From Ideonella sp. (GTDB lineage Bacteria; Pseudomonadota; Gammaproteobacteria; Burkholderiales; Burkholderiaceae_C): a stretch of DNA of 64,000 bases. The translations under genes and the position numbers were made by a program. The DNA lies in assembly GCA_035911095.1 (NCBI GenBank), contig JAMHWF010000005.1, forward strand, positions 126,093 to 190,092, read 5' to 3'. The number at the start of each line of letters is the position of its first letter. The first letter of the stretch is position 1. Under the pieces are notes generated by a model. That model worked only from the letters and a program-made list of their open reading frames with translations, was not told where the DNA came from and ran no database searches. Shown here one piece after another: positions 44,801-56,800 of the stretch.

Positions 44801-47800
44801 ATGCGCAACCGTCGTTGGACCCCCGGTATCCGCCTCGCCCATCAACTGGTCTTCGTGCGCTGCCCGCGCCGCGTGCGACGCGCGCTGCGCTGGCACCTGC
44901 TGCGCGGCCACGGGGTCGCGCTCACCCAGCTGGCGCTGGCCGCCGGTGCGGCTGTGGCGCCGATGCTGGCCACGGCCAACCCGACCGGCGCGCAGGTGGT
45001 GGCGGGCAAGGTGCAGGTCCACAGCAGCGTGCCGACCGTGCTGGACATCCAGCAGCAGAGCAACCTGGCCATCATCCACTGGCAGAGCTTCAACATCGGG
45101 GCGGGCGAGACGGTCAACTTCGTCCAGCCCTCGCTGCGCAGCGTGGCGCTGAACCGGGTGCTGGGCAACGACCCCTCGGCGATCTTCGGGCGCCTGAACG
45201 CCAACGGCACGGTGATGCTGGTCAACCCGAACGGCGTCGTCTTCGGCGCCGGCTCGCGGGTCGACGTGGGCGGCCTGGTGGCCACCACCGCCGACATCAA
45301 GGACAGCGACTTCCTGGCCGGCCGCTACCGCTTCGGCCAGGCCTCGCCCGTGTCGGGCGCGGCGGTCGTCAATGCCGGCCACATCAGCATCAAGGACAGC
45401 GGCCTGGCGGCCCTGGTGGCGCCGCGCGTGGCCAACAGCGGTGTCATCGAGGCGAAGCTGGGCCGCGTGGCGCTGGGCGGCGCGCAGACCTTCGCGCTCG
45501 ACTTCCAGGGCGACGGCCTGCTCAGCTTCAGCGCCGGCTCGGCGGTCGACGCCAACGGCCAGCCGCTGGTCAGCAACACCGGCACCCTGAGCGCCGAGGG
45601 CGGCAGCGTGCTGCTCACCGCGCAGGCCGTGCAGCGCGTGGTCGACACCGTCATCAACACCGACGGCGTGATCGAGGCCACCTCGGTGGGCAGCCATGAA
45701 GGCCGCATCGTGCTGTCAGGCGGCAGCGCGGGCGGCGTGGCCGTCGCGGGCACGGTCGATGCCTCGGGCCGCGGGACGGGCGAGCACGGCGGCACGGTGC
45801 AGGTCACCGGCCAGGCCGTGCAGGTGAAGCGCGGCACCGCGATCGATGCCTCCGGCGACGCCGGCGGCGGCGAGATCGCACTGGGCAGTCGCGGCGTGGC
45901 CTCGGGCTTCGCCGACAAGAGCGAGACCACCCGCGTCGACGCGGGCGCGACCCTGCGAGCCGACGCGCTGCGCCAGGGCGACGGCGGCAGCGTCACCGCC
46001 TGGTCGAGGGACACGACCGTCTTCGCCGGCAGCCTGTCGGCGCGCGGCGGTGCCGAGGGCGGCGACGGCGGCTTCGCCGAAGTCTCGAGCCTGAAGCACA
46101 TCGGCCTCACCGGCAGCGTGGACCTGCGCGCGCCGAAGGGCGCGACCGGCCAGCTGCTGCTCGACCCGACCGACCTGCGCATCACCGACAGCCCCTCGGG
46201 CGGCAGCCAGGACGGCAATGCCGGCGACGGCCAGGTCGCGGCCGGCGACCCCAACCAGGGCGCGGACGACACGCTCAACACGGTCTCGCGCGGCCTGCTC
46301 GAAAGCATGGCCGGCAACGCCAACATCACGCTGCAGGCCACCGGCCAGATCACCGTCGACGCGATGGCGGGCGGGCGCATCGACCTGGCCACGGCCCCGG
46401 GCCACAGCTTCACGCTGCAGTCCACCCAGAGCGGCGGCATCCGCTTCGCCGACGCGCAGACCGAGATCCGCACCCAGGGCGGCAACATCACGCTCGAGGC
46501 GCAGGGCATCGGCAGCAGCCTGGCCAACATCGGCAAGCTGACCAGCAACGGCGGCACCGTCGCGCTGCGCGCCACCGGCGACATCCAGCTGGCTGGGCAC
46601 ATCGATGCCGGCAGCGGCGCGGTGCAACTGCAGTCCACCGTCGGCTCGATCACCAACGGGGCCGGCTCGCCCCGCCTGAGCGGCGCCTCGGTCGAGCTGT
46701 CCGCCCGCGGCGGGCAGATCGGCGCGGCCGGCAACGCGATCGCCACCACCACCCCGCGCCTCGGCCTCGAGGCCGGCGGCAGCATCCACGCGGCGAACAG
46801 CAGCGCGCTGACCGACCTGTCGGTCAACGCGCTGCACGCCCTCGCCGGCAGCCACGGCTACCAGGTCAGCGCCACCGGCCTCGACCTGCGCATGACCGAC
46901 GGCAGCGTCGTCAGCGCCGAGCGCGTGGTCCAGGCCGGCGGCCTGAACCTCGCGCTGTCGAGCGACCGCACGCTGGAGGTCGGCACGATCGACGTCGGCA
47001 GCGGCACGGCCACGCTCTCGAGCCGCGGCGGCAACCTCAGCGGCGCCGCCGGCAACCGGGTCACCGCCGGCTCGGTGAAGCTCGGCGCCGAAGGCAGCGA
47101 CGGCAACAACGGCGCCATCGGCAGCGCCAGCCAGGCGATCCACACCGCCACCGCGCGCCTCGAGGCGACCACCGGCAGCGGCGGCGCCTTCGTCGCCAAC
47201 ACCGGCGCGCTCGACCTGGCCAGGCTCGGTGCCACCGGCGCGTCGCGCGTCAGCGCCACCGGCAGCCTGACCGCCGGCAGTGTCGACGCCGGCAGCGCCG
47301 CCTTGACCCTCGCCTCCACGACGGGCAGCGTGCTCGACGACGGCTCGGCCGCGACCCGCATCACGGCGGGCGCGCTCACGGTGAATGCCGGCGGCGCCGT
47401 CGGCGGCGCCAGCCTGCGGCTGCAGACGACCGCCACCGAGTTCAATGCCGACGCCGCCTCGGGCGGCGTCCACGTCCACAACGCGGCGACTTCCTCGACG
47501 CTGGCGGACGTCCGCTCGGGCAACGGCGCGATCGACATCACGACCGGCGGCAGCACCACGATCGGCAACCTGCTGTCGGCGACCTCGGGCGCCGGCAACG
47601 GCATCACGGTCGCGGCCGCCGGTGCGGTCACCGTGAACGGGGCCGTGAACGCCGGGTCGCAGGGCGACGTGCAGCTGAGCACCACCAGCGGCGCCATCTC
47701 CGACGGCAGCAGCAGCCTGGTCACCGGCCACACCGTGTCGCTCAGCGCCACCTCCGGCGTCAGCGCCCGCACCGCGGCCTCGACGCTGCAGGTGCAGGCC

Positions 47801-50800
47801 GGCACCGGCAACGTCACGCTGGTGCAGGCCGGCAGTGTCAGCGTCGAGCAGATCGCCACCACCGGCAGCACCGTCACGCTCACCGCCACCGACGGCGACA
47901 TCACGGTCGGCGCGGTGCAGTCCGGCCTCTCGGGCAGGGTCAGCCTGAGCGCCACCGATGGGTCGATCCTCGACGACGGCGATGCCGGCACCCGCATCCA
48001 GGCGAAGACGGTCGCGCTGGACAGCGCCGGCTCGATCGGCGACGCCAGCCACGCAGTGCAGACCAAGGCCACCGAACTGTCGGTGGCCGGCGCGGGCGAC
48101 CTGTACGTCAGCAACGACAGCACGCTCACCAGCCTGGGCGTCGATCACCGCCACGCCACGCCCGGCCAGGCGGCGACGCTGCAGATCACCTCGCCGTACC
48201 TGACGTTCCAGGTCGGCGACAACGGCTCGGCCTATGCAGTGGAGCGCCTGGTCGGCGTTCCGCTCACCGACCTGTCGTTCCAGGGCGACCAGACGCTGGT
48301 CGTGGGCCAGGTGCAGGGCGCCGGCAGCGTCAGCCTCGTCGCGACGCAAGGCGACATCCGTGACGACGGCAATGCGCAGTCGCGCATCACGGCCGGCGGC
48401 AGGCTCAGCCTGCAAGCGAGCCAGGGCAGCCTGGGCAGCGCGACCACGGCGCTCGACGTCAACGCCAGCCAGCTCGTGCTGGCGACCCACGGCGACCTCT
48501 ACCTGCGCAGCCTGGCCGACCTGTCCTCCCTGGCGATCAGCAGCACCCACGCGGACGCGACCACCAGCTACGGCATGGCGATCAGCGCCCCGTCGCTGAA
48601 CTTCAGCGTCACCGACTCGGCGGCCGGGCACCACGTGCACACGCTGACCGACACCTCGTCGCTGAGCCTCGAGTTCGCGAGCGACCGCGACATCACGCTC
48701 GGCCGCGTCGACGTGAGCGACAGCGGCAGCGCGAGCTTCACCTCGACCGGCGGCAGCATCCTCGACGACGGCGACAAGAGCACCCGCGTGCTGGCCGACA
48801 GCACCACGCTGAGCGGCGCTGCCGTGGGTGCCAGCGGCAACGGGCACCTCGACGTGGTGACCAGCCAGCTCTCGGCCACCGCCACTGCCGGTGGCGTCTA
48901 CATCGAAGTGCCGATGCCCGCGGGCAGCAGCAACACCACCAGCACGCTCACGCTGGGTTCCGTCACCGCGGCCGGGCCGGTCGAGATCCGCGCGCTCGAG
49001 GGCGACGTCTCGCTCGGCGGGGTGATCACGGCGACCGACCAGGCGGTCAGCCTCAGCGCCCAGCGGGGCTCGATCCTGAGCCCCTCCGGCTACTTCGGCT
49101 ACACCGGCGGCTTCCGCATCGGCAGCGGCAGCCTGACGCTGAACGCCGCCCAGTCGATCGGCACCGAAGGGCGCGCGGTGTGGTTCGACGGCGAGGGCGC
49201 GAGCTTGCAGGCGCAGGCCGGCACCTCGATGTTCCTGACCGCCGGCAATGCGACGACCCTGGCCAGCCTGCAGGCCGGCAGCGGCATCACCTACACCCAG
49301 AACAGCGGCACGGTCACCGTGGGCCACGTGGACGCCACCGCGGGCGGCACGGTGTCGATCACCGCCGCCAGCGGTGCGATCGAGGACGACGGCAACGGCG
49401 CGACCGGCGTCAGCGCCGGCCAGGTGAGCCTCGCGGCCAGCACCGACATCGGCAGCGCCGGCAGGGCGGTCGCGGTGGCGACGCCGAGCCTGGCGCTCAG
49501 CGCCAACGGCACGGTGAACGTCGCCGACAGCGTCACGCTGCAGAGCCTGTCGCTGACGCGCGGCAGCGGCTCGACCGGCAGCATCGCGATCACCGCGGGC
49601 GCGGGCCAGAGCTTCACGATCACCGAAGACGCCAGCGAGCACCTGCTGCAGGCCGTGAGCAGCGGCACGCCGCTGGACTTCAGCTTCTCGGGCCAGCGCA
49701 CGGTCAAGGTCGGTGACCTCGACGTCGGCGCGGCCGGCTCGGTCACCCTCGCCTCCGCCACCAGCGTGGTGGACGACGGCCAGGCCGGCACCGGGATTGC
49801 GGCCGGCACCGTGTCGCTCACCGCCGGCACGGCCGGCTCGATCGGCGCCTCGGGCAGCGGCAACGCCATCAGCCTGGAAGGCACGACCTCGCTCGCGCTC
49901 AGCGCCGGACGCGACATCTTCGCCAGCAGCGACACCAGCCTGACGGACCTGTCGATCGCCAGCACCAGCGCCGGCGGCAGCAGCCAGTTCGGCGTCGTCG
50001 CCCAGGGCCAGACCTTCGGCATCACCGACAACGGCAGCACGCAGAGCCTCGACTTCAGCGGCAACGCGCTCGGCAACTTCAGCTTCAGCAACCACAAGAA
50101 CATCCAGGTCGGCACGATCAACGCCACCGGCGACGTGACCCTGGTCACCCGCAACGGCGGGGCCAACAGCAACATCAGCAGCGACGGCGGCAGCGGCCGC
50201 ATCGCCGGCGGCCGCGTGCTGCTGACCGCCGCCTCGAACACCGCCAACGGCGGCTCGATCGGCAGCAGCGGCACGGCGTTGCGCGTCGACACGCCTTCGC
50301 TGATCCTGGACGGCAGCGCCAACGTCTACGTCAACGACGCGCAGGACCTGAGCTTGCTGGACATGACGCTGACCCACGGCACGAACACCACGTTCGGCTA
50401 CGGCGTCACGGCCACCAACATCAACTCGTTCTCGGTCACCGACGGCAGCACGCAAGCCCTGGGCCTTGCGGTCAGCAACGCGATCGACTTCCGCTACAGC
50501 GTGGATCGGGCGCTGATCCTCGGCACGATCGACGCCGGCACCAGCAGCGTCGGCGCGATCTCGCTCACCTCGCGCAGCGCGCCCACCGGTACCAATGCGC
50601 AGATCAACCGCGCCAGCGGCACCCTCGTCGCCGGCAGCGTCACGCTGTCGGCCATCGGCAGCAACGGCGGCGTGGGCGCCACCGGCACGATCAGCACCGG
50701 CACGCAGAACCTCAGCATCGCCTCCGGGGGCAATGTCAGCGTCAGCAACAGCACGACCCTGAACTCGCTGAGCCTGGAAGCGCTGCACCGCACCAGCGGC

Positions 50801-53800
50801 AGCAACACGCACACCTACGGCCTCAGCTCCACCGGCCTGACCTTCAGCGTCACCGACAACACGGGCACCGACGGCCTCCACCTGAACAACATAGCCCAGT
50901 CGGGTCTGGACCTCACGGTCAAGTCCGACCGCACGATCACCGCGAGCGCGGTGAACACCGGCGTGGGCGGCAAGGTGACGCTCGACAGCAACACCATCCG
51001 GGGCGGCAGCGGTGCCAGCGCCGGCAATCCCTCGATCTCGACCGGCGACCTCACGCTGCTCGGCTACAGCGCACACGGCAGCTCGGGCGGCGCGCTCTAC
51101 ACCGCGGCCCAGACGCTGAGCAGCACGCTCAGCGGGAGCCTGGAGCTGTCCAACAGCGGCGACCTGACCTTGCGCCACAACAGCGTGGGCTCCTCGGCCG
51201 TCGTCGCCAGCAGCAATGGCTCGCTGCGGCAGGAGGCGGGCGGCCTGTTCACCGCGCCGACGCTGACGCTGAAGGCGCAGCAGTCGCTCGCCGGCGGCGG
51301 CGGCAACACGCTGGCGACGAACGCACGCCAGCTCAAGCTGGAGTCGGGCGGCGACATCGACGTCGCCAATGTGACCGACCTCTACACGCTCGAGCTGGTG
51401 TCGAACCACGCCACGCCGGGCGCGCAGAACACGATCTCGGTGCAGGCCGACCGCCTCAACCTGGCGCTCACCGACAGCGTCGCCGGCGACCAGTACCACC
51501 TCGCGCAGCTGACCGACAGCAGCGGCCTTGATTTCACGCTGCGCACCGACGTCGCGCTGGCGCTGGGTGCCGTCGACGTGCACGACGGCCGCTCGCTGGG
51601 CCTCTACAGCACCGGTGCGGGCACCTCGATCACCAACGACGGCAGCAGCCTGCTGAAGGCGGGCGACATCACGCTGTCGGCCACCGGCTCGGTGGGCGCG
51701 GCCGGCGACGGCACGACGCGCATGCAGACCGACGCGCTGGGCGTGCGCCTGATCACCGGCGGCAACGCCTACCTCGACAACGCGCAGGACCTGAGCAACC
51801 TCTCGCTGACCAGCAACCAGTCGACGGGCGGCACGGCACCGGTCTACGAGGTGACCGCCCCGTCGCTGAGCTTCGCGCTCAGCGACGACGGCACGACGCA
51901 CCTCGACCAGGTGGTCGACAGCACGGGTCTGAACTTCGTGCTCGACACCCGGCGCAGCCAGGCGATCGGCGTGGTCGACGTCGGTCCTTCGGGCAGCGTG
52001 TCGCTGAAGAGCGCGGGCGACATCCACGGCGACGCCGACAGCAGCAAGCGCCTCACCGCGGCCAGTGTCACGCTGCAGACGTCCCAGGGCGGCGACGTGG
52101 GCAGCGTCGCCAACCCGATCCATCTTTCGGCGCCGCTCGCGACGTTCCGCGTCACCGGCGCGCTGAACGTCGAGTCGGACACCCACATCGACAGTCTCAC
52201 CGTCCACACCACCCACCCGACGGCGACTTACGGCGGCACCTACAGCATCGTCTCGGTGCCGGTCACGGGCGCAACGCCGTACGCGCTGTTCACCGCGACG
52301 GACGACGCAGCCGGGACCGAGCTGACCCAGGTGTCCGATCCGGAAGGCCTGGCGTTCACCTACTCGAGCGACCGCGACATCAAGGTCGTCACGCTCGACC
52401 TGGGCAGCACCGGCACCGTGGCGCTCACCAGCGGCGGCAGCATCGTCGGCGACGGCGATGCGAACACGCTGATCCAGGCCGCCGGCCTGAAGCTGAACGC
52501 CGACGGGGCCATCGGTGGCGCCGGGGCGGGCAACGCGATCGACGCCAAGGTGGGCACGCTGGATGCCCGCGCCGACGGTGGCGCCGTCAAGCTGGCGCTG
52601 CATGGCGCGACCACGATCGGCAGCCTCTACGGCAGCGACGGCGTCGGCCTGGTCAACGCGGTGGGCGACATCCACCTGGGCTCGATCGACGCCGGCGGCG
52701 ACACCGTGGACATCGACAACCAGGGCGGCTCGATCCTCGGCGGCTCGATCAATCGCAGCACCACGGTGATCCTGAGGGCCGCGGGCTCGATCGGCAACCA
52801 GAGCGCGATCCGCACCACCGCCAACGGCGGCGGCACCACCACGCTGACGGCCGAGGCCAGCGCGGCGAACGGCGCCGACGGCAGCGTCGCGGTGACCGAG
52901 AGCTACAACCTGAGCGCGGTGGCGGTGACGGCCCCCGCGGCCGTCACGCTGGAGGCCGGCAGGGCGCTGTCGGTCGGCACCGTCGACAGCGGCGGCGCGG
53001 TGAGCCTGAAGGCCTCGCAGGGCAACCTGACCGGCGTCGACGGCAGCAACTCGATCAGCGGCACCAGCGTCAGCCTGGCGGCCAGCTACAACGGGAGCAT
53101 CGGCACCAGCGGGACGCGCCTGAACGTGGACACGACGGCGCTCGACCTCAAGGCGCCGGGCAACGTCTACATCAGCGGCCAGGCCGACCTGGACAGCCTG
53201 AGCATCGACCGCAGCAACAGCAGCTCCGGGAATTTCAGCAGCGGTGCGCTCAGCGTGACCGCCACCAACCTGACCCTCAACGCCAGCGACGGCGGCAACA
53301 CGACCACCTTCACGACACTGACCGACAGCACCGGGCTCGACTTCAGCTACCTGGGCATCGGTTCGATCAACGTGGGCACGGTCGACGTCGGCAGCGGCTC
53401 TGCGCTGCTGAGGGCCAGCCTCTACCAGGGCGACGGCCACATCCGGGCGGTCGACGGCTCGTCGTCGATCACCGCGGGCGCGCTGACGCTGCAGGCCAAC
53501 GGCGCCGCCAGCGCGATCGGCAGCAGCGGCACGGCGCTCGGCATGGCCGTCGACTCGTTGACGGCGAGCTCGGGCACCGGCGGCCTCTACGTGCGCCAGG
53601 CCGGCTCGCTCAGCCTGAGCGACCTCAACACCACCGGCAACCTGTCGGTGAACGCCACCGCAGGCGACCTGACGCTCGGCAACCTCAGCTGGGGCGGCAC
53701 ACTGGACCTGAATGCGGCCGCGGGCAGCATCCTGGCGGGCGGCGGCGCGCTGGCCGGCAAGTCGAGCACCGCGTCGGTGACGCTGAGCGCGGCCAACGGC

Positions 53801-56800
53801 ATCGGCACCGAGCTGGCGCCGGTGCTGGTCAACGGCGCCCAGGGCCATGCCGTCAGTGCCAGCGTTACCGGCACCGGCTCGCTCTACCTGGCCAGCGTCG
53901 CCAAGCTGAACGGCGGGTTGACCACCTCGGTGAACAACGGCGCCACGTCCATCAGTGCGGCGGACGACATCCGCCTCGCCTCGCTGACCTCGAACACGGA
54001 TGCCGAAGGCAACGACATCCGGGTCGTGGCCACCGCCGGCAACATCACGGCAGTCAGCGTGTCGGCTGGCGGCGGTGACGCGCGCCATGCCGAGGTCGAC
54101 CTGTCGGCCAACGCCGGCAGCATCCTGGCCACGTCGAGCAGCACGTTGCAGGGCGCGGGCATCCGCCTGCACGGCACCGCGGGCGTGGGCTCGGCGAGCC
54201 AGCGCGTGATCGCCAACAGCAGCGGCAGCGTGCAGGTGAGCAGCACCGGCGGCGACATCTATCTGGGCACGGCCGGACCGTCGGTGCTGACCAACATCAG
54301 CTCCGCGGGCGGAGACATCGACATCGCCAGCGCCAAGGACCTGCTGATCGCCAACGCCTCCTCGGGCGGCGGCGACATCAAGGTGGCGGGTACCGCCAAC
54401 GACGTGGCCCTGAGCGCCGGCAACATCGACGCGGGCGCCGGCAGCGTGACGCTGGCCTCCACCTCCGACGGCGGCAGGCTGCTCGACGACGGCGACGCGA
54501 CGACGCGCATTCGCGGCGCGACGGTCACGCTCAACGGCAAGGCCGGCGTCGGCGCCGAGTCGGCCCGTCTGCAGACGGCCGCCGGCACGCTCGACGCGAG
54601 CAGCGGCAACGGCATCTACCTGGCCGACCAGAACGCCGCCGGCGTCACGCTGCGGTCGGTGGTCGCCAGCGACGGGGCGGTGAGCATCACCACCGCCGGG
54701 CCGACCACGGCCACCCTGGTCAAGGCCGAGACCGACGGCGCGGGCAAGGACGTCAGCATCAGCACCAGCAGCGGCAACCTGACGCTCGGCGCGGTGACGG
54801 CCGGTGCGACGCAGGGCCGGGTGCTGCTCGCGGCCGCGGGCTCGATCCTCGGCAGCGGCGGCGGCGCGCAGGTCAGCGCCCATGGCGTCAGCCTGAGCGC
54901 GGGGGCCGACATCGGCACGGTGACCGACCCGGCCACCGGCGCGGGCAGCCCGGTCACGCTCGACGTCGACGTGATCGAAGCCCTCGGCACCACCGGCAGC
55001 CACCGCGTGGTCTCGGTCGAGCACGTGGGGACCGACGCGCTGACCCTGGGCAGCGGGATGCTGTCGCTGGGCAGCGGCAGCTCGGTCTACATCAAGGCGG
55101 GCGGCGACCTCGACGCGACCGCGAGCCTGGGCTCGACCAGCGGCACGCTGTCGCTGACCTCCGGCGGCACGCTGACGCTGCCGGACGCGGCCTTCGTCTC
55201 TGCCGGCGCGGTGCGCCTCGTCGGCGCCACCGACGTGGTGACCAGCGGCAGCGGCGACGCGGCGCGCAACCTGCGCGTCAACAGCAGCTCGCTCACCCTG
55301 CGCAGCGGCGCGGCGGGCGGCGACACGCTGCTCACCACGGCGGTCGGGGCCGTCGACGCGGAACTGCAGGGGGCAGGCGACCTGACGCTGCTCAACACCG
55401 GCACCGTGGCGGCAGCGACGCTGAAGACCAGCGACGGCGACATCACGGCCACCAGCAGCAACGGCCTGGTCGTCGACTCGGCGGTCGCGGGCGGCAGCGA
55501 ACGCCAGGTGGCGCTCACGGCCACCGGCGGCGACCTGAAGGTGGGCACGATCAGCGCAGGAACGGACGGCAGCCTGCTGCTGACGTCCAGCGCCGGCTCG
55601 ATCCTCGGCGACGCGGCCGTGCTGGTCGGTCAGTCGCTGGCGCTCAGCAGCGCCACCGGCATCGGCTCCAGCACCGCGGCGTTCAACACCGACATCGGCC
55701 ACGTGAGCGCCGAGGTCACCGGCAGCGGCGACATCCACCTCGCCTCGGCCGGCACCCTCCACCTGGGCCGGCTGGCGACGCAGGACGGCGACATCGCCGT
55801 CCGTGCGACGGGCGACGTGAACACCACGACGCTCAGCGCCGGCCAGGGCGGCAGCGTCACGCTGGCCTCCAGCCACGGCAACGTCCTGTTGACGCAGGCG
55901 CTCGCGCTCGACGGAGGCGCGCTGCTGATCGACGGCAATGCGGCCCTGGTCGGCGGCGCCCACAGCCTGGCGACCGGCGGCGGCGCGCTGCGCATCACTG
56001 GCGCGCTGATCGGCGGCGACGAGGCGGCCACGCTCGACGCGGGCAGCGGTGCGGTGTCGCTCGAAGGGGCGGTGTCGAACCTGGCCTCGCTGACGGTCAC
56101 CGGCGGCAGCATCCATACCGCGGGCGTCAGCACCGATGGCGCGCAGACCTATCACGGCAGCACCACGCTGAACGGCGCCCACGCCACCCAGGGTGGCGCC
56201 TTCACGGTCGACGGCGCGACGACGCTCGGCAGCGCGACGACGGTGGCGACCGCTGGCGGTGACGCGAGCTTCAAGGGCGGCGTCGACGGCGCGGCCGACC
56301 TGAGCGTGAGCACCGGGGCCGGCAACACCCGCTTCAGCGGCGCGGTGGGCCAGACGGCGCGGGTCGGTCAGCTGACGGTCGACACCGCCGGCACCACGAC
56401 CTTCAGTGGCGCCGTGGCGGCAGCCAGCGTCGCCACCGACGCGGCCGGCACGCTGGTGCTCGACGGCGGCAGCGTCAACACCACCGGCGCGCAGCGCTAC
56501 GGCGAGCACGTGACGCTCGGGACGCACACGACGCTCACCGGGCAGGGCGTGGCTTTTGCCGGCGACATCGACGGCAACGCCAACCTGACGGTCAACTCGG
56601 GCACCGGTGTGGCGAGCTTCGGCGGCGACATCGGCGCGGCGACGCGCATCGGCCGCCTGAGCGTCAACAGCGCCGGCGCCACCAGCTTCGACGGCACGGT
56701 GAGCGCGGCCAGCGTCACCACCGACGCCGCGGGCTCGCTGGCGATCAACGGCGGCAGCATCGACACCACCGGCACGCAGACCTATGGCGAGCGCGCGGTG